64,000 nt of DNA. Source: Vitrella brassicaformis CCMP3155 (taxonomy: Eukaryota; Protista; Chromerida). The stretch lies in assembly GCA_001179505.1 (NCBI GenBank), contig CDMY01000571.1, forward strand, positions 1-64,000, in the 5' to 3' direction. The translations under genes were made by a program, and so were the position numbers. Positions 1-13,000 of the stretch are shown here, in pieces; position 1 is the stretch's first letter, and each line of letters opens with the position of its first letter. Below the pieces are notes generated by a model. The model was not told the origin of the DNA. It did no database searches and saw only the letters and a program-made list of their open reading frames with translations.

Positions 1-187
1 ATTTCGGCGCCCTGGATTGCCTGCTCGAGCATCAGCAGGTATGAGCACGACGTGCACTCGACGCGTCTGCACTCACCCACCCATCCGGCCATCCAGCGAG
101 ACGAAGCAGCACGGTAATGCGTGGAGTGCAGAGCGTCAGTCATTCGTGTCTCTGATCGTCTGTCTGTCTGTCTGTCTGGCCATTTAT

Positions 188-516
188 TTACCCGAATCCG
201 TATGCGAGCCATCCGCAGCCAATCGACGGGTCGTCGCAGTCGCAGTCCTGGCAGAACGAGTAGTCAGTCACCAGCCTCCCGTGAGACTCTTCATCAAACG
301 CTTCACAACACACACACACGAGACACAGACACACACCTGATGGATGGATGATGCCTGTCTGTCTGTCCGAGTGTGTGCGTTCTCACCGTTGGTGCAGCAG
401 GAGGGCGTGGCGGCACAGCAGCGCTTGCACACCTCCGGCGAGCAGCCAGCGTTGCACACCGACACACACATCGTCACGGCAATCAACACCGACACAAGGA
501 CTGGTGTCGTCATCAT
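188..516 (-). CDS. Small secreted cysteine-rich peptide, 80 aa, 2 exons (516-387 and 300-188)
   Basis: Exon 1 encodes a hydrophobic signal peptide (MMTTPVLVSVLIAVTMCVSVCNA) followed by GCSPEVCKRCCAATPSCCTN. An 86-nt GTGAGA...AG phase-1 intron joins it in frame to AFDEESHGRLVTDYSFCQDCDCDDPSIGCGWLAYGFG-stop. The predicted mature part has 10 Cys. Confidence 0.7.
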
Positions 517-929
517 CGTGCTTGCTCGACTGGGTCAGATGATGTGAAACACAGCACTCGATCAGCCGATGCTTGATTTGTCGATCTTTGTGTGTCGCTG
601 TCTGTCTGTCTGTCTGTCTGTACACACATGTATGTACACGTGCAGTCACTCGCTCAGACTAGATCCGAATGGACGAGTCTCACTAATATATTGACTCGAC
701 TCGCTATGGAGATGGAGGCCGTGCGTCGAGAGATGGAAGGATGGCTGCATGCATGTGCTGTCAACAAAGCGATTGATGAGGGTCCGTGCATGTGTGATTG
801 CCAGTGTGTGTATGAGGGGATGGATGGAACATCGAGCGAATGCACTCATCGAAAGTGTGCACACGGTGATTGATCGTCAATCAAACACAAACCCGGACAC
901 ACGGAAAATCCGTCATTGAGCTCGCTCAC

Positions 930-3321
930 TCAGCGCCTCCCTTCATTATCGACACGAAGCCCTCTGCGTGGCACAGGCTGGTCTCCTGCGCCACCTTCGT
1001 GAGGGGCCCCTGCTTGTGTCACATCTTGTGTCACTTGGGAAGCTTCATTCACAACCTTGACCACCCCACCGCCACCCTCAATCGACGCCGATACCTCCTC
1101 ATCCTTGCCACCCCTCTGCTCCTCTCCGTTGCTGTCGCTCGGCAGCCAGAGGCTCAGCCCCACGCCGCTCCCCAGCAGCGACGTTACCACAGCCAGCTCA
1201 GCTGCGGTAGGGATTTTGAAGCCACCGAAGTCGAGGCATATCTTCCCTCCGATGAACCCCAGCACCAGACCGATGGCCGGCTCCAGGTACTGCAGCGACG
1301 CCAGACCCTCAGCCAGCAAAAAGTACAGCGAACGGAGGCCCAGGATGGCGAACAGGTTCGAGCTGTATGACACGAGCACGTCCTGACATACACACACACA
1401 CACACAGGGAGGGAGGGAGGGAGGGAGACGACAGGTGACACACACAGCGGATCCATTTGCGCGTTTGTAGCGATTCATTCGTTGCTACCTGTGTGATTCC
1501 CAGGACTGCGGGCACTGAGTCCGTGGCGAAGACGATGTCCGACAGCTCGATCACACACAAAGTGAGGAACAGCGGCGTGGCCACAGTCTTCAGCACCATG
1601 TTGCCCGTCGATGGATCTTTCTCCTGTCAGTGACACAACACAACACAACACTGCGCACACACCGACCAGCTTCGTGGGATCGGGTCTCACCTCGATCTCA
1701 GTGAAGAACTTCTCGCCGTCGTAATGGTCGCTAAAGCTCATGAACCGCTTGACGAACTTGACAATCTGCACACACACGCACAAGCAGATGAATGGAATTC
1801 CCACATGTGTGTCGTGTGGTGGGTGCGAGCATCACCTGGTTGTCAGCGAGGTCCTCGTTGTCGTCCTCGTCCTTCTCACCGACGCCGAAGTAAGGCAAGA
1901 GCGTCTGGACACGCACACAGTCACAGATGTTGCCGTCATCGGCGTCAGCTCGCCGGCTCGCTGGCTGGCTGCCTATAGCTGCCTGGCTGGCTGGCACGCT
2001 CACTGAAGCGCTATTCCACAGCAGGACAGCGGCAAACACCAGGAACAGCGGCCTGAACCTTTCCAGGAGCTCAGTGCCGACAAACAGAAAAGTAAACCTG
2101 TACACGACACAAACACAACACAAACACAACGGACAGATATATGCGTCCAAATCGACCGGCTGCGGTACATGTGTACCTCAGGACAGCTGCGGTTAGAAAC
2201 CCCCAGTTCAGCACTCTCGGTTGACTCGACAGGGGCACCTTGAAGTAACTGACGACACACATGGATGAGACCGACGGGACGCATTCGCCAGGTTGCGTGT
2301 CACGTCACTGACTTGAAGATGATGAGAAAGACAAAGAGATTATCCACAGACAGGCTGCATTCGGACACGCAACGCAACGTCCATCACACACCGGCACACA
2401 GGCAGAGTAGTGTGGTGTGGCGGAGAGATGGACATACGGCCGAACATACACACCTGTACTCAGTAAGGTAGGCAGCAAAGAACTCGAGACCAGCTTCCGG
2501 AGATTTGAACACAAAGACGCCTACATGACCGAACCAGACAGACCCACAGTCACACATAACGGCAGGAAAGATGATGGAAAGCGCCGCTCTACCTGCGCCG
2601 AAGAGGACTGCAGCCAGCACGTAGAGCGACAGGTTGCGGACAGCTGCCTGTATCTCGCCTGCATCGGCTTCCCCAGCCACCAAGGTGCTTCCAGGAACGT
2701 TGCCTGCGACGAGCGAGAGGCAGCAAACCGCAAGTGAGAAGAGCACAGTGACAGCTCTGCAGGCAACACGCACACGCACCTCTCCCGTACGACTGTACAA
2801 GCGCCTCAAGCTCCTGAGTAATGAATGACACACAAAACATACACGAACGAAAGGCATGACGCCGAGCAATCCGCCGTGACTGTTGCGTCCTCGGTGCTCA
2901 CCTCAGATTCCCCGCTGCGCTTGGTCTCCACTTGACTCGCAGGAGCGGCAGCTGGGCTGTGCTCCCTTGGCTCCATTGGTTGAGCGTTGACCTTCCTCTG
3001 CGCCCCCTCGTCGGAGGGCGACGCTGACATTGTCAGCCGCAGAGGACCCCTTCCCCTCCATCTGCTTTGCAGATCCATTGCATCGCCCGAGGGCGCCATC
3101 GGTCTCGGTATTCTTGAGAGCCGTGGAGGCCTCGACAGCGACGTGACAGCATGTCCTGAACGTAGAACGGAGTTGACGAACGATGCACCAGAAGGCATTT
3201 GACGCGGGAGAGCAGCTCCTTCTGCCCTCAATAACACGCCATCGTCTGCCCTTGCTCCTCTGCTCGACATCCACCCAGTGCAAACGACGAGGGACAGACC
3301 GACCCATCCTTGTCCAGCCAT
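930..3321 (-). CDS. terC: TerC/Alx-family integral membrane protein, multi-exon, probably plastid-targeted
   Basis: Spliced exons give typical TerC motifs: AGLEFFAAYLTE, YFKVPLSSQPRVLNWG, IELSDIVFATDSVPAVLGIT, SSNLFAILGLRSLYF. There is a long N-terminal leader (hydrophobic stretch, then a Ser/Arg-rich segment). The start codon is not certain. Confidence 0.9.
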
Positions 3322-3629
3322 CGCAGCTGTCGAAAAATCGTCGAATGCCCAAGATCAACAGCAATGACGCATCCTCCAGGGCAGGGTCCGCAAAAAGCGC
3401 GTATTGCCGGAAGGACACGGGCGACCACCTACCTGCAGTGCGAGCTCAGCCGACAATGGATCGCAAGCTGAAGCTTGCGTGGCAAGGATTGGAGCAGTAT
3501 CGCAAGGAGTAGAGCCCAGATCTCTGTGTCATGAGTTGTCAGGCACGGATTCAGGCACGTTTGTTTCTCATTCGTCAGACTTCTGACCATGGAATGAGCA
3601 GCCCATGGTGAGCAGCCTAGTGAGCAGGC

Positions 3630-6562
3630 ATGCGCTCGGCCACCATTATGGGATCTGAACGGAGGAATGCTCTCATCGGCCTGGCGGTGCTCTCGTCCCA
3701 CATCTTCGCCGTGGCCTTCCGCGTCCCTCTGCAGCGGCACCGGCTCTGCAGCCTCGCGAGACCAAGAGCTCTTGGTCTTCCGAGAGCCATCTCGCAAGAC
3801 CAAGACCTCGGATTGTCCCGCGTCAGCCAACCTCCGCTTCCGCCAGGCGGCGAGAGCCACGACGCCAGCTACTCATCCACGCCGCCGTTCCTCCCGGTGG
3901 CTGCTGCTGTCAACCGGACGATTGGTTATGATGCAGACGACGAGGATTACGAGATTGTGTACACTCGAGAGTCGGCAGGGGAGCCGCTGTCTGTCGATGA
4001 TGTCGTCCTTGTGGACGTGCTTGACCAGAAGATGGAGCCACTGGAGCTCCTGAGCGGCAGGGAGCTGAGGCAAGCCCGCCAAGATGCAGGCCTGAAGCGC
4101 CACCGCCCTGTGCTGCAAGGCATGCTTAAGCGAAGGAAGTCGCTGAGGAGCCTCTTCGCTTCAAGCCCTCGTCGATTCGTCGTTCGGCTGCTAAAGGGAC
4201 GTCTGCCGCCGCCAGACCACCTTGCCGAACGCTCTTACTCCTTGATGGCCGATGCAGATGACCCTGCTCTACTCAGGTGCGTGCTGTCCCTCCAGGAGGC
4301 TTTACAGCGTCACGGCTATGCGGTGTATCCCCTTCGGCTGGAGCATGCCATCATCACGCCCAACGAGAAGGGCCGCATCCGCGAGTGGTGGTCCAGGTGT
4401 GTCAGCAGCCGCAGAGGGCAGGGGGGCAAGGCTGAGTCAGAGTCACGATACGGCTGCAGGATCGCCATCCCCTGTCAGGTCTACCGCTCTGCCGACCCAC
4501 CCTTGAGGCTTGTTCATGAAGCGATCCCGCGTGCGTCAAACACAGGCCCTCCTGCTGCGCCGCGAGCGTTCAGGACGAAGGCAGACTCCCTGACCAACGT
4601 CATCGGTTTGCAGCCCGGCAAGCCCTTCCGTGTCGTGAGAGGCAGGTGGCGCAGCATCGACAAGTCGGGCATCTTCGAGCCCCTCAGCAACACGTCCCTC
4701 GCGGCCGTAGCGCTCAACCAAACCGGCAGCCCTGTGCCCAACATCCAGCTGCTGCTGAGGGCAGCTGAGCGACCCAGTCGGTCTATAGAGCCCGGCATCT
4801 CGTTTACTGTGGACAATCTCAAGGACGACTGGCTGGGGGAGGTGTCATTCAAAGATCGTAACTTCCTGGGGCGTGGCAAGGAGGTGGGGGTAGACATCCG
4901 GCGGTCTCCGCGACTGCTGAAGCAGCGGCCAAGTCAGGAGGAAGATCGCAGCGGCACTGGCGACGAGAGTGAGGGGACTGGTGGACAGGCGGCAGGGGGC
5001 GGGCCGTCGATCTTCTCGGTCAATCTGCGCTTCCTAGACAATGTTTTCTCATTTGCTGATGGCCGCGGCTTCAAAGGCAATGCCTACGTCCAGCTCGATG
5101 GCTCGGTGGCCGAGTCATCTGGAGACAAGAAGAGCCAGGAGCAGGCCTCTGCGCTGATTGGCGGCAATCTTGAGTGGCTCACAGGTCCGAAGCGATGGGG
5201 ACAGACGGTGCTAGGGCTGGAGCTGCAGCAGAGGCGGCGCATCTGCGAGTCGGGTGGGATACAGGCGCCGAAACCATGTGCCTCGCAACCGCATTCCAGC
5301 GATTTCGTAGCCATGCTGCGTGAGAAGTTCGGGAGCCGCATGACGACTGAGGCCAAGACCAGCCTCACCTACCTGACGCCACTGAAGGTAACCAGCCAGA
5401 AATGCCGTCACATGATATGCATCTGTGTGTCCCGTCTGCCTTTCAGGAGCTGGCTGCCGCCCTGCAGACGACAGGCCAAGCGAAGCTGTCGACTGCAGTC
5501 GGTCTCCACGACTACAGCCCGCCTCTCGGCCAGACGAGCTGCCAAGTTGACCATGACCGCCCTCTTCGAAGCTTCTTGAGGCTGGATCTCACCAGCACTG
5601 AGACCCTGCGGCTGGGGGCACTCTTGCCCCCTCGACAAGCTTCATCATCCCGCCCTCCCCCTCCCCCTCCCCCTCCCGCAAGCAACAACAGCTCGTGGCC
5701 TGTTGTGCTGCGCATGGGCATGGATCTATCCAAGACCATGGGTGTCTTCCGGCAGCAGGTTGGAGGCATCGTCGGGGTGGACCTGCCGGCAGCAGGGGAG
5801 CCCTCCGATGAACAGCTGTGTACCGACACTCAATCGTGGCCCTGCGTCACTCCGGGTCCGCTCCCTCCCTGGGAGCGCTTCTATCTGGGCGGCATCGGGT
5901 CGGTGAGGGGCCACGGCTACCACGCTCTCGGGCCCTTCCACGCGAGCGGGAGAGCCGTCGCGGAGGTGCGTGTGCCGACGACGATCGACGTGAAAGTCAA
6001 TCGGCCGCACGTCACCTTCCACCGAGATGCGATCCGCTTCGTGCGCAGGCGAATGGGCCGTCGCGATGATGCCGACGATGGGGGCGGTGCGGCAACGCCA
6101 GCTGGAACCCGTGAGAAGGGGGGCAACCCGCTTTTCGCAAAGAAGCTGTCACTCGACGTCTTTGCGCATGCCGATGCCGGAGTGGGGGTCGACTGGAGGG
6201 ATGGGTCGGCGGTGAGTGATACGTCTGTCACTGACCTGCTCGACGCGATTAGGCCAGGCCACGACAGCGGGACCACGTCTGCAGCCAAAGGGAAGCGCGC
6301 AATGACAGGTGTGGGGGTCGGTGTTGGCCTGCGGTGTCGCGGCGTGATGCTGTGCGCCTCTGTCAAGCTCCCGGTGGCAGCGAGTGGCGGCCGCAGCGGT
6401 GCTGACGAGGGTAGTGTGTCGATGAGCGTGGAGCCAGGGGGGCTGATAAGGCCTGCAAGGAGTGGGGTTGGTGGCGGCGGGGGCAAAGAGAGGCGGTCGG
6501 TGTTTGGGTCGCTCAAGTTCCATGTTGGGATGTCCCAGCAGGACGGGCTGGAGCCTCTGTGA
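3630..6562 (+). CDS. Omp85/BamA (Toc75/OEP80-like) beta-barrel protein, about 957 aa, 2 exons (3630-5387 and 5447-6562)
   Basis: The 59-nt GT-AG intron is in phase 0. The protein shows a POTRA-like segment (GLQPGKPF...IDKSGIFE), the barrel-start motif FKDRNFLGRGKEVGVDI, the loop-6 motif ERFYLGGIGSVRGH and a terminal KFHVG strand. The N-terminus has a signal peptide ending AVA-F plus an Arg-rich transit-like region. Confidence 0.85.
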
Positions 6563-6599
6563 GCTGGTTGGTGACCAGATAGACGGTGGCTGTTCATCA

Positions 6600-9500
6600 T
6601 TCCATCCGTCGTATGTAGATACGTGTTGTCTGTCTGCACGGTGGGTGGACCGATGGATGGAGGGATGAGAGGACACATCTTCATTCATTTGGAAAGGTGT
6701 GTTCACTTACTGACTGAAGGTCGGCGACTTGAGAGTGCGATAGTACGCAATGCAACAACGCATATGGACATCCATCCATCCATCCATCCATCAGTCAGTG
6801 CTGTCTGTCTGTCTGTCTGGCCAGGCCATGCCTTGCCATCCAGCTATCGATAATTAAATCGATCGCCACACCACATCAGTCACGTCACACCATATCTCAT
6901 GTCATGTCATTTCGACACACACTCACTCCAAATAGCACGCGCAGGTAGGTAGGTAGGTGGTAGAAGGAGAGACACACCCACCACCAGGCCCACAACTCAT
7001 CATCTGAAATGCCTGCCTCTCTGTCTGTGTCCTTATCTGCTTCCTTGCGTCAATCAGAGCCTCCCTGCCTGCCTGCATGCCTCGTAGTATGGCGAATTGC
7101 CCGCTCGCTCACTCACCCCTCCACCAAACCACTCAGTCTTTCATTCATTGATTCATTTGGAAGACCCGACACGACCAAATCACCCCCTCCCCTCCCCTCC
7201 CTGGACTGACATACTGACGTACTGCGCAAGACCGACAAACGAACCAATAGAGTGTGTGTGTGTGTGTGTGGCGAGCGAACCAATAAGGTATATGGGTGTG
7301 TGAGTGCGAATGGGGAGACGAAGGGCATCTGGTTCCTCTCTCTCTCCTTCCGTCTCGCTCGCTCTCTGTCTGTCTGTCTTGTCTGTCCGGCCCGATGGGC
7401 TCCTCTGCTCCCTCCTTGGCCCAGGCCGCCAACGCCCCGCCCCCACTCATGTCATGCCCGCGAACACGCGGTAACTAGTATATACTTGACACACTCGCAC
7501 GCACACGCACACGCACGCGACACACGCCATGCAATCGATCAGATACAACACAACACGCATACAGAAACAAACGTGCTCCTCTCACTCCACTCCCCGCCGC
7601 CCGCTCCATCCATCCAGCCATTCTGTGCACACCACGTCATCGCAGGCAGGTCAGCTGAGAGCGGGACACTTACTGCACTGACCGAATCGATCATATCCTC
7701 CACACGAAAAAAGCACACAGACAGACGTACGCAGCCTACATCCATCCATCCATTTGTTTGTTTGGTAGGTATACCCCTCATTGATTTCATTGGCACGCAC
7801 CACAACCCCCCACCACCCCGTCCCGCCCCTTTGGCCCCCAGATGGATGGATGGATGCATCAGCAGCCATCGTCAGCAGCAGCACCCCACCAGCACCAGCA
7901 CCGCCAGCCGACCAAAATCACTACAGCAGCAGCGAGGCGAGGCAGAAGGAAGACACACACACACACACACGGGCAGGCAGGCACGGAGGCAGGCGGGCGG
8001 GCCAGCAGCTGTCTGTCAATCGACGAACGAACCAAGAGCCCTGAGGGGGAGCGACGAATTATCCTTTTCTCTCTGTGTGTGTTAGGAACTAGCGGGCCAA
8101 AATTGCTTGACGCATAGTTAGTAGTAGTCGCTTGCTGGCAGGGAGGGAGGGAGGGAGGGGGAGGGAGAAGGAGGGAGGGGGCGAGACACATCCATCCATC
8201 CAGCGCTGCAGGCGTGGCGCGACGTTGACAGAGCTACCGCCACACCACCCACTTCCCCCGCCCCCACACGTACTCATTCATGCACTCAATACTGTATAAA
8301 AAACACCGCAAGCCAAGCCACGGGCGTTTTAGCCCGCCTATCACCAACCAACCAACCAACCAACCAAAGAGAGAGAGTCACTCATGTGAGTGAGTGAGAG
8401 AGTCAGACCAGACCAGGGGCCTCACCGACCGACCGACCGACCGACCGACAGACCAACCAACCAAGAGGCCTCCCTCCCGCCGCATTTATGCCCCTGCCGC
8501 CTCGCCTTGCCGCTGCATTGATTCGTCCATTCAATCCATCCTGCCTGCCATCCATCCATCAGTCAGGCCATAGTTAGTGCCAAAAATGTGGGCAGTGGTT
8601 AGATGAGGGCGTGTGTACGTATGGTGGTCAATTGTGCGTGCGGTGGGGCCTCTCGAGGCGTGCCACAGCCAGGCAGTCAGTCGGACGGCCGCACCGCACC
8701 CCACCCGTCCCATATATCCCATGCCATCCCCCCAAGCCATTCACTCACTCCACCACCGACCCGCCCCCCCACACACGTATAGAAAGAGAGAGAGCAGTGG
8801 CACGAAAGACAGAAGTAAGTAATCAGGGAGAGAGTAAGCAGCACCCACACACCATACACACACGGTACACCCACTCACCATCCGTCCCGTCACCCACCCG
8901 TCAGCCGTCCGCAAGCCGGCAGGCACCCCACCCACAGGAGGTGAGGCATGGCATCAGAGAGAGGGAACGCGGGCCTGTGCAAGGCAGACCCGCCTTAATT
9001 ATTAAAATGTGCCTCGAGCGGATCTGATCGCTCTCCTCGTCTCTGTCGCTTGGGTGTCCTTGTCTGTCTTGTCCATCATCGTATCATCGACCCTCTACAC
9101 ACATGACTGACACGACTGACTGACAGACACCCTTCGCACTCGAAGCACGTCCAACGACTACTTACTGACACCCACCACCCCACAGTCTGCCTGCCTGCCT
9201 GCCTGCCCGGCTCTCCTCTCCCCCTCCCAATGCACCCATAGACACACTTATATACTTCCGCCGCCCCGCCCCGCCCCACCCTGCCCCATCCGGCCCCACC
9301 ACACACACACTTGCCGAACTGCCATGCCGCCGCACCGATGCGCGTATGTAGGATAAAGAGAGAGACAAAGAGAAAGAGAGGCCGAGGGAGAGCATGGCAT
9401 GCAACTAGGGACAACCTTTTATCGGAGACAGTTTGGTCTCCTCTGTGTGCTGGCTGTCTAGTGCACGCAAACATACACACATACACACATACAGAAATAC

Positions 9501-10090
9501 ACACATGCACCGTACACACGCACAAGTAGGCAGGCAGGCGGGCCGGCAAACGAACAAGATATTCCACGCGCGGCCGCTCCGTTTGGTGCGTAGACTCGAC
9601 GCACTCGCTGCGATAGACGCAATCAATGTAGCTTAGCTGGCTGGAGTGATAGCATAAATGCCTGCCTGCATGCGATCGTATGTATGTATGTGTGTACGTA
9701 TGTGTGTGTATGTGTATATATGTATCCATTTTATACAGACGTACGTGCAGGTGTATGTCAGTGGCTGGCTCGGCTGGCTGCTTGGCGGGGAGTGGGTGGG
9801 TGAGGTGACTGAGTGACTGAGTCAGTGGGGGGGTGAGAAAGCGGTTCGACCGACCGACCGACCGACCGACCGACAGGCAGACAGACAGGCAGACAGGCAG
9901 ACGCACATGACATAAATGTATGTATGTCTGTCTGTACGTACGTATTTTGCATGCTAGACAGACAGACAGGCAGGCAGCTGGACTGGACGGATGATACACA
10001 CCCCTTACGTTAGCCACACCACACCACACACACACTCACACTCACACTCACACACACAGCACCACACCAACCAACCACAGCCCCCATTCA
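6600..10090. repeat. Microsatellite-rich convergent intergenic/UTR region: (CA)n, (GGAT)n, (CCGA)n, (GTCT)n, (GGGA)n
   Basis: Directly visible arrays, e.g. (CCGA)n at about 8425-8447 and 9848-9873. No convincing coding exon chain. Confidence 0.8.
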
Positions 10091-10095
10091 TTTAC

Positions 10096-13000
10096 TCACA
10101 CAGTAAGTATCCCCCCTCCCATTATCCCTCCCGCCACAACATGGGGCGCCACGCCCCTCAGATGACCGTCGTCGCACAGCCAGCCACCAACCGTCCTCCG
10201 GATGCACACATCTGGGGGGCACACAGACAGACGCACACAAGTACGGTGGGTGACGCTTGACGCTTGCCGTGCTGCCTGCCTTAATTGCCGCCTGGCTGGC
10301 TGGCTGGCTGGCTGACCTTCAGCGATTGCGTTGAGTAGTGCGGGTGTGGCGACCAGCCTGGGGCTGCCCTCTATCGGCCACGGCCCCAACCGACGAGCCT
10401 CACCACACTGCACACAGCACAGCACAGCACATGCCGGAAACGATACACACACCGATAGGCATCGCATCATAGCATCAATGGCTGTGCGGTGCTGTCTCCT
10501 CACCAGCAGTAGGTTGAGCCCCCATGCTCTTGCGAGGGGCTCTTCGGTCTCCGCCGGCGGCACAGGATGGTGGGCGGGGTGTGTATGTGTATGTGTGTGG
10601 TGTGTGTGGCCGCTGCCGCTCTCGACGGACGGCGCCTCTCGCCCCACACAGCCATCGGTCGCCCCGCCTGCCGGCACGTCTGACGTGTGTGCAGGGGCCC
10701 TCCGGTGATGGCCCACCACGATCTCGACCTTGACTGAATGGAGCACACACAGTCCCACACGGTGCAAGGATGGATCTCGTCTGTGTGCTGTTCGCACCCC
10801 CCCACCTTGTGTGTGGCAGAGGTGTGGCCCCTCGAGGGCCTCACAGACGCACCGACACGGCCACTCCCACCGCACCGGCACACGCGTCACCGCCCCGTCC
10901 TGCACCGCCTCACGCACGCGACGCGCCAGGCCGACAGGGTCGACGGGCAGCAGCACGGGCAGGTGGGCCCATGTGGAGTGGCTCTCCAGCTGGCTCACGC
11001 GGATGGACCTCAGGAGGTTGAAGGCCACCATGCTCTGGCACATGGGGGGCGACGGAGAGGGCGCTGCGGGAGGGGTCTTGGCCACCATGCCTAGCCTTAC
11101 AAGGCTCGAGAGGTAGTCCTCGGCTGACTGGCTGCCAGTGCACCTCTCCCTCTCCCTCACACCGGCCTTGCTGCTGCTGGTACTGGTAGGGGTCTTCTTT
11201 GCCGAGAGCGCCCGGAGCCGGCTCTGTTCGACATAGGCGTAGCACTGCAGCTCCTCTGGGAGAGAGAGCGCCCCACAAGGCAGCAGGGGCCCGTACTCGC
11301 TCTGCGCCGGGTGGTCCCTGACGACAGGCAGACCGGCCCCTGCCTGGCCCCCTTGCTGACCCTGGTCCCTGTTGGGCCCCACTCCTATGTCAGATGACAT
11401 GCTGTCGGTGGTGGGCTGGTGGTACGACACGCCCTGTGAGGGGGCGGGGAAGGGGCTCTCCTCCGTCTCGTTCTCGGTGTCCATGCCGAGGTCGGTCTCC
11501 ACGTCGATGACCTCCATGTCGCCGTCACCTGGCTTCAAGTCTTTCCGACCCGACAGGGCCCTCTCGCCGGTCGGCCCGCTGCCCTTGTGGGTGTGCACCA
11601 CGACGAGCGGCGCGGGACGCCTGTCGTCGCTCCGGCTGCGGCTGCCCCGGCTGTTGTGCCCGCTTCCGCCTGTGGTGCTGGTGCCCTCGCTGCTGGTGGT
11701 GGCGGTGGTGCCTCCTGACTTGGCCGTGCTGACCTTCTCGTCGCCCTCCTCCTCACTGCCGTCCACTCCCGCGCCCCGCCTGACCTTCTTGAGGGTGGTG
11801 CCGTGGTGGAGGTCAGAGTGGGTGATGCTGTTGCGGCCGCACTGGAAGAGGCCGCACAGCATGCCCAGCAGCCGCTGGGAGAAGGGGCGGGGGCTGGGGG
11901 GATGGTGGGCCTTGGGGATGGGGCACGGCGCTGTCGCCGCCTTCTTGTTGATGGGCAGCGTCGGAGGCGACACCACCTTGCTGTAGACCTCACCGGACGA
12001 CGGCTTGTCCCTTGTCGACGGGGGGAGGCCATTCAGCTGCCCGTCGACGGATGGCGGATGCACCCCCATGGGTATGGGGGAGTTAGCCGCCACAACGGAC
12101 GATTTGGCCTCTTCTCCTCTGCCCGCTGCTGTCGGGCTGCCGACGATGCCATGCTCCGTACGCTGTGGGTCCTTGATGGCCTCGCTCGGCAGGTAGGGCG
12201 GGACTTCATTGGGCAGACATGACGGCACTGTGGGGGTGGAGATGAGAAGGGGCAGGGCGTCGGGGGAGATGGGCCACCGGTGTGTGGCGGGCTGGTCACC
12301 GTGACAGCCTCTTTCACCCAATCTCCTGCCGCTGCGCCGGCGGCTCGGTGACTGCGGCGACTGTGTGGAGGAGTGCTGCAAGGCCTGCGGGCGGGTCGGG
12401 GGCGACTCATCGGGCTTCTTGACTTGGGGGATGGTCATGGTGATCCAGCTGTAGGCCAGCAGCAGGGCCTCGATGGCCGACGCCGGGGCAGCCAGCTGCT
12501 TCCTTTGCAGAGACTCGATCAGCTGGGACTGTGACAGCCACTCGGCGCCGCCAGACGATGTCGCCACGCGGTAGGACGCCTGCACACAACACCACACCCA
12601 ACACACACAGACAGTGACTTTGGTGCGAGACGGCGGGAGGCGAGACGAATCGCTACTGACCGCTGTGGGCCTCAGGGTGTCAGTGCCGACGAGAGCCCGA
12701 ATGGCGAGCCCCGCCGCAGGCCCCACGGCATGCATCTCCAGCTCCCGGCTCTCGCCAGCCCCACTCCGACTGGCCACCCACACGGCCGTCAGGTCGTCAT
12801 CGGGCGCGCTGCTGGTGGTGCTGGCCGCGCCACTCAGCACGGGCCCCACCCTCCTGCTGCCGTTGCCGTGATCGCCGTCCTTGTGGGCCACCGCAGAGGT
12901 GATTGGCGTACACACCGGTGTGTTTGAGCTGGTGTGTGTGGAGCCCTTGGACACCATGGCGGCGATGGGCCGCTCCAAGATCTCCATCAGGGTGGCGTTG

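Noticed and set aside
6600-10090. Numerous 60-320 aa ORFs in the region between Omp85 and the giant gene
   Set aside because: They translate microsatellites (THTH, CVCV, GWMD) and I found no convincing in-phase exon chain. A possible extra 3' exon of the giant gene near 9550-9640 has weak splice sites.
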